The notes below the pieces were generated by a model that was given only the letters and a program-made list of their open reading frames with translations, was not told the origin of the DNA and ran no database searches. The position numbers and the translations under genes were made by a program. From the human T2T-CHM13v2.0 reference genome, Homo sapiens, in NCBI RefSeq assembly GCF_009914755.1, contig NC_060927.1: a stretch of 64,000 bases of DNA; one strand, given 5' to 3'. Shown piece by piece: positions 1 to 15,086 of the stretch (position 1 is its first letter; each line of letters starts with the position of its first letter).

Positions 1-289
1 ATGTTTTCCACAAAATGGTGGATAAATTCAAATTTGAAACTTGGTAGTATGGTGGTTAAGAGTCCAGACTTAAGGAAAAAAAAAGACTTTGTCTAAAGGA
101 AAATCACAACATGTACAAAAATAGGGAAGACAGTATCATGAATCCCACATACTCATCACCCAGGCAGCAATCAACTTGTAGCCAACCTTGTTTCAGCTAC
201 ACCCCACCCACTTTCCCACAACCCACTCTGGACTATTTTGAAGCAAATTCCAGGCTTCATATAATTTCATTTATAACTATTTCAATATA

Positions 290-535
290 TGTAAGTGCAC
301 AGACTCTAAGTTACACAGATCTGGAGTCAAATCTAGGCTCTCCCACCTACTAGCTGTAAGACCCTGGGCCACTGACTTCACTTCTTTGAGCCTGTCTTCT
401 ATTTGCAAAATGGGGATAGTAATGCCTGCTTCACAGGACTGCAATATGAGCAAAATGAGATATGGTATCTAAAGAACTGAACCTAGCGCTGGCACACAGA
501 AGGTAGCTAACACACGCAGCTGTGGTTATTATTAA
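290..535 (+). mobile_element. MIR SINE (head fragment also at about 41-70, split by an old L1 3' piece at about 90-290)
   Basis: MIR core-like tcaaatctaggctct...ctagctgtaagaccctggg...tgagcctg...aaaatggggatagtaat. Confidence 0.75.
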
Positions 536-542
536 CAAACTA

Positions 543-637
543 GCCAAACCAGAGCTACCTCTATTTAAATTATGGGGTGTCCGAACAAACGAGCCTCTTC
601 AGTGGCAATAATGGCATCCCTGTGCCATCCACCTGTA
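543..637. repeat. 95-bp local duplicate of 2532-2626 (6 mismatches), flanked by an 11-bp direct repeat TATTATTAACA (527-537, 640-650)
   Basis: direct comparison of the two segments. Confidence 0.92.
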
Positions 638-1560
638 TGTATTATTAACACATCAGGACAGAACTCTGACTCTTTTCTAATGAGGCTCACAAAGAAAATA
701 ACTGGTATCAAGTATCCCTTTATTTTAAAGAGATGCTAACCTCTCTATGCTGAACTTGTAGAGAGAGAAACTAAAAATGATTTGTAATTCATTCACTGAA
801 TATTCACCTTCAGGAGCTTAAGAGTAAAGAGGTCCAGAAAAAATGTCCATGGATAAAGGTGGTGTGGGTGCAGGAAGGAGGTGCTTTTCTGTTACCTTAA
901 ACCAAGAGAAAGGGGGTTTTAAGAGGCCCTAAGAGAGTACAACCTGCTTACCCTGGAAATTTTAACCGTAGATACCAACTGGAGAGTACAAAGATTGGTG
1001 TCTGGCTTCCATTAAGAAGCAGGACAGAGCAACATGGGGTGGCCAAGTGGAGGTAAGTGGTATGTCCTGCCAAAGTGAAAGGGGTCCTCCTCCCTGCCGC
1101 TGGTCACCCACCCTCAGGCAGGTCCCAGCTGGGGAAGGGAAGAATTTCTTTTGTAATGAAGTTCAAAGTGGACATTTTAAGCACTGAAATTAGACTCCTC
1201 TTGTGACTAGAAGTGGTAAAAGAACTTTTTTAAAATCTAAAGTGATAGAAAAAGTTATAGGATATATATTATAGGAGACAAATATATGATATGATATATA
1301 TAGGATATATATTCCATCCAAGAAGAAGGAAAAAAAAAGAACCCACAGAATGAGCTCAAAGGCGGAAGTGAAAGCAAAAATTAAGTTGATGTTTCTCTTC
1401 CATCCCATCCCATCCTACCCTTCTAATGGAAGTAAAGTAAGGAATACCTTCTATACATTAATAAGATGTAGACAATACACTCACTAAATTACATAAATAA
1501 CGTATGATCAAGTATTAAACTATGACTTGTCACTTCTAAAATGAATAACTCTTCTGAGTG

Positions 1561-1884
<324 letters not shown>

Positions 1885-2547
1885 TTAGAAAATCTGCTTT
1901 TTCTCTTTTACTTTTATTTTTAATTGACTAACAGCAACTAAGTGATGCTCCCATGAAAAACTTTACCCATTCTTCCAAAAAGAATGGAACAGAGGCAATA
2001 AAAGTTGAAGAGACAGAGACAGGGGAAAAAAAAGGAGTCATGTGCCCCAAGATGACTGATCCAAGGAGAGCAAGGTCCTTTGTTAAGCACTAAAACAGTA
2101 CTTAAGGGGCAAAGCAGGATTTCCTGCCCTTAAAGAGTTTGGATTAAACAGAACAGCAACCTCCAGAGATAAACATACAGTCTTCTGGAGGAGGGGAGGG
2201 AATGAGAAGAAATGCAAACCTGAAAAGAGCCAAAGGCCTAGTAAAGAATCCTTGTAAAGGCTACTGTGAAGTCACATGAGGCAAATTCCTGGCTCTTTGA
2301 AAACTCAGATCTTAGTCAATCAGTTATAATGAAATATTCTGTAGTTTCTGAAGCATTCCTACATTGGTTTTGAAAGCTCATTCCATTTAAGATCAATCCT
2401 TCTTTGGAGCCAGGGTTATTCATTACTTTCAACTATGGAACACTATACTGACCTTTATAATAAAAAGTGTGAACACTGACTGCATTTTGAATTATAAGTA
2501 GGCATGAATTCATTCTTGGAAAACACTAAATGCCAAACCAGAGCTAC

Positions 2548-2621
2548 CTTTATTTAAATTATGGGGTGTTCAAACAAATGAGCCTCTTCAGCGGCAATAA
2601 TGGCATCCCCGTGCCATCCAC
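2548..2621 (-). other. Candidate 74-nt PTC-containing (poison) or alternative terminal exon in SHQ1 intron 9, probable source copy
   Basis: cctgtctttgtacag|GTGGATGG ... AATAAAG|gtagct; in exon-9 frame reads GGWHGDAIIAAEEAHLFEHPII-stop. Confidence 0.4.
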
Positions 2622-4554
2622 CTGTACAAAGACAGGTGACGATTCTCATCCAGAACATGTCATCTCTACAGCTTCTGGCACAAATTCTAGACAACCCAGC
2701 CCTCAGTTTTAGCACTAACTAGCCACAACCCAAATTAGTCACAGAACACACTGTACATGGTACATAGAGGGTTCAGGTTCATTTTTAGCAGAGGCCTCCA
2801 GTGTGTTACTTCAAGTTTTATGTTACTATCATAACACAGCTGATAAAACTATTTCTTGTCAGAGTGATAATGAATAAAAATTAAGTCTCAATTTCAATTC
2901 TGACCTACTAAAACTGGGTAATTGATTCCTGTGTAAGTCAAGGCAATCGAATTTATTTTTGGTTATGCAATCATAGTACTGATTACTTTTCCAATGAAAG
3001 TCAAAAGAACTAGATTACTTCCCAGAATAAAAAGTAACAAGCAATAGTCTGTATATGTGAGTGAGAGTGAGAGTGTGTGAGTGTGTGTGCAAACAGGCAT
3101 GTGGAGGTTTTGCCAATTCTCCATCTGGAAGCCATGATATAACAGGATAATCGCAAACTGCATTCTCACTGGTTTAAGTCCATGAATAATGCCCAGATAA
3201 TCTAGCATGACTTAAAAAAGAAATGAATTGTGACGTGTAACTGAGGCTCACACAGTCATTTATAGTAGATTGATTTTCCAAGGTACTTTTAGCAATTCAA
3301 AAAATATCTTAGATGGAAGGCAAGAAGAAATAACACATGAAAAAACAAAGCAGTTTGTTTCCCACTGTTAAGTTAAAGAAGATAGATTTCTCAATGATAG
3401 CTCTTTCATCCTATAATCAACAATCCTTCAAAATAAAATACAGCTAGTCTAAACCAACTGGATGAATAAAAAGGCATCTTTCATCTAACCATGATTCATT
3501 TTTACAATTACTGTCTACTTTAAAATAATCTATTTCAAACATGATTTTCTTCCCCCATCCCCACCACCAGGGCAAGAAGACTACAGGTTACACAGAAAGC
3601 GAAGTACACTTCCAGGTGAGACAAAACATTTGAGATGTGATTCTCTTCTTTAGGCCAGTGAAGTCACCTGGAGGTAGAAGGAAGAACTTCCTTTCTTTCC
3701 CCTTCTTATTCTGAAGTCTGAAAACCAAGCTCCCAGAAACACTTTTATCTAAGGGCAAAGGAATGATGAGTCTCCCCAGGGGGAGAATATAAGAAATGAC
3801 CATAAAGTACTAAAAGTGACTTTTAAATAAATGTGCCAGAACTAATACATACAAATGGATGTTGCCCCCTTCAAAGTCATTATCTTGGAAATTATATACT
3901 TATTCTAATGATGATACTATGGGCACTTTGGAATTTGTTTCAGAGCCCAGAATTTTCCACATCCTTAAAGCTAACGAGTGTTTGTCTTTTCAGGTTGAAT
4001 TTAGCAAGTCAAAAGTGCTCAGAGTAGCTGAGCTTTTTGTTGGAAAATCTTTCTTGACATGCCGAATCTAGGTTACATGTCCCCTCCTAAACGATCCCTG
4101 GACTTCTCCCAGCAGAGTACTTTTCACTCTCTTTGGAATTGCTAACTTACCCATCATCTGTCTGACAAAACTGTAAACTTCAACAGAGCAGGGAACTTTT
4201 CTGCCTTCTTTATTATTAGACCCACAGTCCCACCATAGAGCCTAGAAGATTATAGGCAGCCAAGAAATACTGAATGATGCAGCTATTATAATGTAAAACG
4301 GTTTGCAATACTATGTGTGCCTTCTCTGTTTACCTTCCTTACTCCTCTCGGAAAAGAGTCTTTATTATGCCTCTATGCAATTACTTATCTACATATGTCT
4401 TATACACAGGAATTCTATACTTTAAAAGTGGTTGGATTCATTTTTCATTACTTATTTATATACAGTAAAAAAGCAAAAATCATTATTATATCTTCACAGA
4501 CTAAAAACTTACAACTTTTTCCCTCCCAAATTTGCAAGTACAGTAATATCTTAC

Positions 4555-4678
4555 CCAGTTGCAATATCTTTATAGTGTCCCTGTAGGCCTTCATCACCAG
4601 CTTGAAATGGCGATAGAGTGGGTAACACAACACCCTTCTTCCAAAAGACACCATGATATCATGAACGTTAGTCCAAGT
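4555..4678 (-). CDS. SHQ1: SHQ1 exon 9 (124 nt; [41 protein letters not shown]); gene continues beyond position 1
   Basis: ttcacag|ACTTGG ... CAACTGG|gtaaga; overlaps ORF-track 4448..4654. Confidence 0.97.
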
Positions 4679-5074
4679 CTGTGAAGTGTCATTTTAATAA
4701 GCAGTCATTTCCACAAAATGTTACACAAACAAAAGTACACAATGAAATAGGAAGCTTTTCTCATTTAAAAGCTGCAAGTTCGGATCATTGTGAAGCCAAG
4801 TAGAAGAGAAACATAAAACCATGAAATAAGATTCTTTTTGTATACTTTACAATAAAACAGAATCTTAGTTTTTGTAATTTCTCACACTATCAATACATCA
4901 CAAATGTCACAAGAAAGCTTTTAAATAAAGTCCTAAAGATTACAAATAAGAATCTAAAACACATGGCATTAACAAAATACAGATGCACATAAAGGACATT
5001 TTAATATAATTTACATTTCATGTTTTTGTCAGCTAAGGCTATTCAAGATGGCACAGATCAAAAATGTAGAACTC

Positions 5075-5781
<707 letters not shown>

Positions 5782-6221
5782 TTATCAAACTGATTTCTAG
5801 GAAAAAAGGTGTTGTATCTTGAACGGTATCAAACTGATAACATTAGCAATTCAAAACTTACTAAAAACACTAAACAAAAGAAAATTTCCACAAAATTGTT
5901 TTTTGATAAACAAAGTATAAAAAATGTAAACCATATGTAAAATTTAAAATTAAAACCAAGGGAGAAAGATAATTTACATGTACATTAATCCTTAAAACTA
6001 TGAGGAATCTGATTAAGAACACTTAGTATTTGACATAATTTAAAGAGAATTAGGAACTTAAAAATCATAAATAGGTGAATTTTCATGTAGATTTTTAATA
6101 ACTATACTACAAAATTATCCAGTCACCAACTACTTTCAACATATTAATAAATGCTAACACAGAAACCGATTCCTCTATTATATGCTGATCATGGCAACAT
6201 GAGGAACTCCAATGAAGCCTA

Positions 6222-6398
6222 GAGAGCAGCACTTTTTGTCTTCAATATGCATACAAACTCCGTAGAGATCTTGCTACAAATCCTGGTTCTGATTCAGTGA
6301 GTGTGAGGTGGGACTGAAATTCTGTCTTTCTAATGAGCTCCCAGCTGAAGCTGCTGGTCAGGTTGTTGGTCCTTGAATCATTTTTGGAGTAGTAAGAT
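6222..6398. mobile_element. MER5-family hAT-Charlie DNA element
   Basis: ttctgattcagt...tgaggtggga...ttctgtctttctaatgagctccca motif. Confidence 0.7.
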
Positions 6399-7233
6399 TC
6401 TATATGAAGTAAGTGTTTCAGTTCCTGTTTACATCTTACCTATTATTTCAACAAAGTGACGTCAATGAAATAACCTTGATTTTACAGCTTAAAAAATACT
6501 GGTTGTTTTAACTGATGATATAATCTCGATACTTTTTTAAAGTTTCTGCTTTTAATTACTGTTTTGATGCACAAGTTTGTTAAAAACTCACAAATTTAAA
6601 GATATTATCTTTGGTATTTTTGGTGAGACCTGCACAACTATTTTTCAGAAACCAGAAACATTATTACTATACTAAAAGAGTTATCAAATGTAACCAGACT
6701 ACATTTGAATTGTAGGACCTAAGATAAGAGATTTAAGCTATATGATCTAAGGATCCTCACCTGTAAAACCTGCAATACTTACCTCACAGACATACTGAGA
6801 ATAGGTGAAGTTTTTTTACATATACACATATATATAAAAAATCATATAAAAAACATTATTTTTCGTGTGTGTGTGTGTGTTCTTAGCATAGACCCTGACA
6901 GTCACTTATCACCTAGGTTTGCTTCCATCTCTGAGTTTCAAGCTCCAATACATGCCAACTTACAAACACACCTCTCACTCTGCCCCCACATTCTTTCCCA
7001 ACAAACCATGTCTCCATCCTCTCTCCAAAGTGTGTTTCCCTCCCCCAGCTTCCAAAGTACTCTACCTGGTTCATTATCAGAATTTTATTAAAAAGATGGA
7101 AAACATACTTGTACAATAGAGCTTCTACTTTTAAAAATTCAAGGAATTGCTTGAATTACCCCAAATGATGTAAAAACAACAAAAATAACTTCCTGAACAA
7201 CAAATTCTAAACAATTGCAACTGGAAATCATAC

Positions 7234-7287
7234 CTCAAACCAGCATAGTGTTGGACTCAGTTTCCTGATATTCCATGCAGATTCAAC
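7234..7287 (-). CDS. SHQ1: SHQ1 exon 8 (54 nt; VESAWNIRKLSPTLCWFE)
   Basis: aataaag|GTTGAA ... TTTGAG|gtatga. Confidence 0.96.
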
Positions 7288-8039
7288 CTTTATTTGTTTT
7301 GGAGAAAAGAATACCATCACATTAGAGGTGAAGTCATTTAAATAGACCAAACAAATCCATTTATTCAACCAGTGTCTGAGGATCACTGACATATGAGAAC
7401 TAAGAAGTGTTCACGACTATAGAAAAATAATTATTTTGCTGATACAGAGACTACCAGTGGGAAGTTTCTGTTTACTCTCCTTGGGATTTTCGAAAATAAA
7501 ACTTTTCTACTGATAAGAGTACCAGAACACAAGAGCAAACAACCAGGGGTTTTGAAACTAAAAGTTAAAGCAAAGTAATCCCTGCTCAATTTCTGTCCTT
7601 TTTCCACTAAGTTACATGCCTCCCAAACAATCCATAAATAATCTATCAAAGGAATCAAAGATAATGTTGAAGTATTACCTGTGGCACTTAAGAAGCTGCT
7701 AGAAAATTTGATCTTTCAGAGAATGCTGGTGAGAATAAGTAAATGCTAGAGAAGGTCTCAAGTTGTAAGACTTCATGATTTCAAATACACAAATACAAGA
7801 ATAAAAAATGGTAAATTTTTTCAAATATACCTAAACACTCATCTTTTCAAGATTTAATATGAAGCATTTTTTGGTCAAAGAAAACATTTTCTCCAATTAC
7901 AGTATCTTTAAAAGACGAGTGAAAACAAAAAGTATTTTCAGATATATTATGCCCTTAACACACTAAATTAATAGTCATCTTGGAGTCAGACACAAACGTC
8001 AAGAGGCACCCTAGAAATTTTCAGAATCATGACAACAAA

Positions 8040-8310
8040 AAAAATTGGTACATAGAAAATTCTAACTCTAATACCATCCTAGTGCTATAATGTCAAGTGA
8101 AAAAAGCAGGTTAAATAGTATACACGTTAGGACCTAAGGTAAATACACACAATATAGACACACGCGCACACTGAAAGAAGATTGGAAATAGATACATCAC
8201 CATGTAACAGCGGTTATATTTCTGATGACTGAAATTACAGGAAATCTTAATTATTTTCTTCATGTGTATATTTTCCTTCATATGTGAATTATTTGTGTAA
8301 TTCAAAAAAG
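8040..8310 (+). mobile_element. Old L1M (L1ME-like) 3' fragment
   Basis: aagtgaaaaaagcagg...aagattggaaatagatacatca...aacagcggttat motif. Confidence 0.55.
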
Positions 8311-9113
8311 GAAAGCTATGCTCAGATCAAAAATAACCTTTTGAGCAAGGACAATTATAAACAGCTGCAGGGCCACACTAACTAGAAAGGCTGTTTTTTT
8401 TGGTTTCCAGCCTTTTTAAATATACAATCAATGGTACAGGTGAAAAGGAAGTTTAGCTCTTCATTTACAAAATCAAATATGGTTTAAGAAGAGATACAAC
8501 AAAGTCTATATTATTTTTTAAAAGATGAAGAAATAATTTACAAAAGGATTTACTTTTATAATATGATCCCTTTAAATAGCAAAAAAAGATATAATTCAGG
8601 TTTTAAAAAATCTGATTTACATATAATTTTTCAGAGTACACATACTCTATGAATTGAGGGACACTTGCAGGTAAATACTAAGATTTCTCTATTTTGTAAA
8701 ATGCCATATTTTGCATCTGCTGACTTCTGGCTGAGAGAAAGAATATAAATGGGTATGGCAGTTTACCCCCTTGCCAATGTGAAGTGTCATGTGACAGAGC
8801 ACTTCTCTGGCCTAAAAGAGATGAGAGCTCAGAGTAGCCTTCCTCTCTACTCTCAGTTTCACTCCCTTAAACTTCCCTACTCTGCTATTTTTGCAGAGAC
8901 TAATGCCAAGAGAAAAGTGAAAAAGACCAACTAAGTAATGTATGATTGCATGTGGGTACCCACCACCACCACCACACACATGCAACTCTGCTGGGGGCAT
9001 CCCCTGAATAACTGATCACCACCAGTTCTACTCTAGACAAGAAAGACTGATGCTTTAATGCAGTTTACTCAGCACAGTCATCTATGGCAACATGCACACA
9101 TACATGCACTTAC

Positions 9114-9268
9114 ATTCTTCTCTCCTTCAGTGACACGGGTTTCATAGCAATATGCCAGAAGGATATCAATCAAACTGTAGCACACTTGACGACAGGCTCT
9201 CTTGTCCAGCAGATAAGATTTATTGACAAATTTTCGTAGCTGATACTTCTCTTCTTCAGAAAAAGACA
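9114..9268 (-). CDS. SHQ1: SHQ1 exon 7 (155 nt; [52 protein letters not shown])
   Basis: cttctag|TGTCT ... AAGAAT|gtaagt; overlaps ORF-track 9078..9284. Confidence 0.97.
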
Positions 9269-9899
9269 CTAGAAGAAAACGCATTTAAAAACTAGATGTT
9301 TCATTCAGTTTTGTAAAACTCCCAATGGAAGATTTGTCAAAATTAGAACTTTGATTATAGAAACTGAAATAAAAGTTCTTTCTACTTAACTATGGATATA
9401 TAAATAACTTAAGTAGACTTCACAGTTTTAGTAAGAGCTATGAGTCTGCTCAAATTCTAATAGGGCTGAATAAAGAAGATTTTTCTAAATAATACCTATT
9501 CCTTAATTCCTGACCCTCCCTTTTTTGCTACACTGTTCTGTACTTAAGACGTCTGAATGCCAGTTACTGTCTTTAAAATTAAGATAATACATTTTGACAA
9601 CAGAAAGTGCTAAATAAAGCACACTGAAAATATTCGTTATCCATTTTGAAAGTTCTATACCAAGAAATAGGAATACTCCCAGATATTAATCAATTAAAAT
9701 TGTTAAATTTAAATTTAATTTAATTAGATTAAATTTCAATTCAAATTAATCCATTAAAATCTCATATTGTTTACCATATAAATCAAGTTTTACATATGAC
9801 CACATCACATACGTTAGACTTGTGGGAAAAGATTGTTTCTTTACAACACAGTTCCTTTTTGCTTTTCTTCTTCTGCTTGGCACCTTCTCGCCTCCTGAA

Positions 9900-11400
9900 T
9901 ATTCGTCAACAGCCTCTCACACACTGAAAATCTAGTATATACCATTCCATAGTTTTCTCTAGACATGTAATCACATACAGACACACAAGCATACCTACTA
10001 GGGAGTTTATACTTCCTACACCCTCCCTCAACCCAAATAACTAGGTCATTTTTCTCCATCTAGCCCTTCTCACTCAACAATACCTCTGGCAAATCCCTAA
10101 AAGTCAACTGGTGTGTAACTAATTTTTGTAAAGGAGTATAATATTCCAAAATGTACCATGCTCTGTCCAATCACTCCCCCTACTGATGGGCACTCACTTT
10201 GCTTCTAGTTTTCTGCCACTGCTAATAATGCTGCAATAAATATCCTTATCCTATGTCCTTGATTATTAGAGGCTTTATTTCCATAAAGTAGACTCTCGAG
10301 ACTGTATTGACTGGGTTAAAAAAGTATCTGTTTTAGAAAGACACTTTACTTAAAGGCTACAATAACTCTCCTTTCTCACAGTCATGAATAGAAGTTCCTC
10401 TTCCTACACATACCTCCCACCTCCCCCTGGCAAGAAATGTAATAGCTTTTTTACAATCATTTCCAGGTTAATAAATTGAGTATAGTAGGCAGAATTCTAA
10501 GATGACTTCCAATGAGTCATATCATTATGTGGGGATGGAGCTTGTGACCTGCTTCTGTCCAACAGAATACGACCAAGGCAATGGGACAGTCATTTCCATG
10601 ATTATATTCCATTATTAGCAGACCAAAGCCAGGGACTCGCCTGCTAGTTTTGAAGAAATAAGATGTCACATGGTGAAGTGAGAGAGCCTGTGAGAAGGCT
10701 ATGTGGCAGGGACCTGTAGAGGCCTCTAAGATCTAAGAGTGGCCCCCAGCTAACAGCCAGCAACAAAGTAGGGGCCTCAGTTCTATATCTGCAAGGAACT
10801 AAATTCTGCCAACAATCATGTGAGATTGGAAGAAGACCTTGAGCTCCAGGAAAGAACACAGCCTCCAACATCTGTTTTTTAAAAAAATAAGATGGATATC
10901 TTTGGCTACAGCCTTGCAAGACCTTACACAGTGGACCCAGCTAAGCCTGGCCCAACTTCTGACTCATGGAAACTGAGATCATGAATGTACACTGTGTGAA
11001 GCTTGTGATAATTTGTTATGCAGCAAGAGAAAACTAAAACAGTGACTTATCATTGTTATTTCACTTAGTATTTCTCCAATTGCTCAACTTTAAGCACTAG
11101 TTCCTTGGTTTGTAGGCAATCTGGATTTGCACTCTTATGAGTGACCCATTCGAATGTGTTTTGTCCAGTTTTTTTCTATTGGATGGCTTGTCTTGTCAAA
11201 TTAAGAATCCTGTATATTATAGATATAAACCCTAATCATCTTTCCAAAGCTACCATATCTCTACTGACTTTGTTTATGGTACCTTTTGCCATTGAAACAC
11301 TTATTTTTCATGTAGTCAAATATGTCCATTTTTTTTTTAAGACAAGATTCTGGATTTATAGCTTTAGTTAAGGTTTCCCCAATCCTTGAATTGTACATGA
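9900..11400 (-). mobile_element. Old L1M fragment interrupted by an MLT1 LTR
   Basis: ctgatgggcac...gcttctagttttc...aataatgctgcaataaatatcc and later L1 3' motifs. Confidence 0.6.
10480..11041 (+). mobile_element. MLT1 (MLT1E-like) MaLR solo LTR
   Basis: gtaggcagaattctaagatg start; caaggaactaaattctgccaacaa; ends tttgttatgcagcaagagaaaactaaaaca. Confidence 0.8.
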
Positions 11401-11444
11401 AGTCTCTTTAAGATTAAATTTATTATCCATTAAGTGGAGGTACA

Positions 11445-11612
11445 GCATCATAAACAAAGGTCCTCATCCTGGTCTTCATATTGAGTAGGCTGAGGAATAA
11501 GAGGAAGAGGAAGGGTTGGTTTTGCTATCTCAGGGGTGGCAGAGGCAAAAGAAAATCCCCATATAAGCAGACCTATGCATTTCAAACATGTTTTGTTCAA
11601 GGGTCAACTGTA
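11445..11612 (+). mobile_element. Tigger2/MER28-like terminal fragment
   Basis: ends tgttcaagggtcaactg followed by TA. Confidence 0.7.
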
Positions 11613-14600
11613 TTTAATTTAAAATTTACTGGATTTAATTAATAAGACAGATAAACTGAGTGTTGACTGCCTCATTGGAGGACGCATCTGAAGTTCCTTA
11701 ATTTAAATAAAAGCTCTCAGTTCATTTTAAGCAATTTGATTTAAGGAAATGGCATGAAGGCATATACTCACTGCAGGAAGAAAGCATACCTGACAAAATA
11801 TTTTATGACTCCTTGTATTTAGCAAGAAGGTTAGAGACAGTATTCCCTTAGGTATGGTTTTTGAGATGTTCATTAATTTAGCTAATGGGAAAATGCCAGG
11901 TGTTCATGATCTCTGACTAGAGAAAAGTCTTTATATCCTAGTTGACTAATAGACCCCTGCTCCCACATAATTCTCAATCACAAAGTAAGCATGCCCAGAA
12001 ACTATTTAGCAACATGTCAACTCTCTACATATTTATGCCTTCATTTTTAAGTAATCATACCTATCGACGTTTATCCATTTATAAAAGTTGACCTAGGCAA
12101 TGTAGGTTCTGACGTTACATTATCCACATGTAAGTATTTCTACATTAGTCATTTTCAATAACTGTGCACAGAAGAAAAACCTACTTGAATTATTCTTCTG
12201 AATTCTTGGATACTAGGAGCTGCTAGACTTTCCCTAAAACACTTCCACCTTTTACTGAGCATTTATAAGTTCCACTGTGGCCTACTTCATTAATAACACA
12301 CAAATGCATTTAAATTCTGAAATTCAAGCAAAGAAATCAGAGATGATAAATAACAATAACAACAAACCAGGAAATCACTAGAGAAACCAAAAGTCTGAGC
12401 TCCCTAAGGCCTTTTTTATTAGAGCTGTAAATCATATCACCCAAAGGGGAACTTGGGGGAAGTTTGCACACAATCAAGTCTAACCTAGCAGCAGTACTGG
12501 AAATAACTACAGATGCAGTGCCAACAATGCTTGGATGATTGCCACCATGAATAACATTTGTCAAGCATTTGTATGACTTAGCTACACTACAAAGCAGCTT
12601 TGCTATATAGTTCACAATGTTTTGGCTAATTATACTTTTAAAAATAATCTCCAGTGAAACAAAAGTCAGCTGAACTCTCAATACATTTGAGGAGGAAACT
12701 GGTGCCCTAGCATTGAAGCAAATGGCCAAGGACCACCTCCCAACATCAAAAACCCCACCAATATGTCTGAAGGCTGCAAAGGGACTATCAAAATGAAAGA
12801 TGTCTGCAAGGTAGTCACTTTTCTCTTCCAAATATTTTCTAATTTTGTTACTTTTAAATCCTCCCTTCCTCTCTAAATCCCCCTCCCAAACATCCCTCTT
12901 ATCTGGGTCAACAATTAAATCACAAAGGATCTCAATGCTCTCAGAGTAACGCACATCTGTCTATTACATTGTACATTCACTGGAACCAGATCAAGGGAAC
13001 CAGAAAAAATTGTGCTGCATTCAAACCTTCAGCCTAAATGGGTAGCCCTGCAGTGCTACAACTTTCAAAGTTGACACTGACAGTTATCTCTACAAACACT
13101 GAAGGGCTCACTGGTGCCAAACAGGATGTCCCTGCTAGGAAGTTCATTGACTATAAATGTTACGTGGTGTCATAACAAGCAATAACGTGCCAAGACTCTG
13201 GAGCTTCAGATTAACCACTGAAAGACAACATGGGAAATGCGGTGAGTTCATCCTCATGAAACCAGAGCTCAGGGGAAGCACGGCGTTTAACACTTCCATT
13301 TACAAGCCTTTGGGGAGGAAAATCTGGATCACTACAAAGCTGGAGAAAAGTCTCCCTGTTGTAACTCAGGGCTGTGATGAAAACGACAAGAATTACAACC
13401 AAGGGAGAAAAAGAGGGAGCAAAGTTCACCACCTAAGGCTTATCTGGAATTCAAAGCAATCTAGGTTAATATTTTATGATACAGAATGAATCAAAGGTAC
13501 ACCCCTCACCTGCACTGTTGTATCTGCCTGGCGACACCTGATGAGGAGGTGTTAAACAGACAACAGCCCACGCTATGACACAAAGAGGAAGAAGGCCAGA
13601 GAGGCAAAGAACAAAGAGGAAGAGGAGAAAAGGTACAGCAGCATGCACCATAGTTCAGCAGAAAACTGTGATGTTTATTTCTTGGTTTATTTCTTTTCCC
13701 CCATATTTTATCCTGGCTCAACACACTTCAATTTATTCCTCCAATTCTGAGTGCCCCAAATATTTGAACCAGGATTTTTCAAATGAGAGAGAAATCTTGT
13801 TAACAAGGAACTTTCCCTTAAAGCTTTCTAAATGTATAAAAATTGTAATTTCACAGAGAAACCATCCAACTCCTGGCTCTCCTGTGACTGATTTTACTCT
13901 ACAATAATAATTTCTAACATTTACAGGATTTTAAATACATCGTTTCATTCAATCTCAGGACAACTCTGAGGTAGGTACAGCATTCCACAGCAACCCAAAG
14001 GTGCAAGATCATATCGCAGGCATGTGGTGGAACAAGAAGTCCAACCCCAAGCCTACATTTAGTTTATATCTTACATTTGGTATTATTAGAAGAGACACGC
14101 TGTTCGACACAAAGCTCAAGTTCGTCTACCTTAGATCACATGTCCTTGCTATTTTTAAAGGTGGTTTTTAGAATGAATCACCATAATGGCTTTGCAGACT
14201 ATGACTGTTCCTGATGCACCAGCCTGGCTATCAGTCATGGGTCAGATGAAGGGTCAGGAGGGCAGGTGGTTAAAAGGACTGAGTGGCTTGATCTCCTGCT
14301 AAAATTACACAAAGAAGACTAAGAGCATTGCTGACACAGAAAACTGGACTGAGAACAAGCTACAGTTTATCAAAGTAGAGCAAGTTAGAATTTAAATCAA
14401 AGGGAACGCCTTCTCTTGATTTTTAGGGCAACTAGCTCACCCTGGTGGACAGAAAACTCAACTACGCAACCATCAATTTTCTCCCACACCACCTCATTAA
14501 AATACCGTGCTAAAATTAGGGAAACTGACTCAAACCAGTTGACACACTTGATGATTTAAGTTTGTTCAAACTTCATGATCAGATCTACCTAGCATGTACA

Positions 14601-14751
14601 ATTAACTATCTATATTCTGTTAGCAATCCTAAACCTGAAAATTTGTCTATATATACATAATGTGAGAAGTCTCTGAAAGCTGCTTAAACTCAAATATAAA
14701 AGTCAGGATTTGTTGAAAACGACAATAAATCTATAACAAAGAGTCACTATA

Positions 14752-15086
<335 letters not shown>

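Noticed and set aside
543-637. Duplicated 95-mer as an intronic snoRNA
   Set aside because: No C/D boxes with terminal stem, no H/ACA architecture; only a 6-bp ATGGCA/TGCCAT stem
4448-4554. Read-through extension of the exon 9 ORF into intron 9
   Set aside because: Strong G|gtaaga donor and no nearby polyadenylation signal
8385-8416. AAAGGCTG...CAGCCTTT hairpin followed by a T run
   Set aside because: An 8-bp stem is expected by chance; intrinsic terminators are not relevant here
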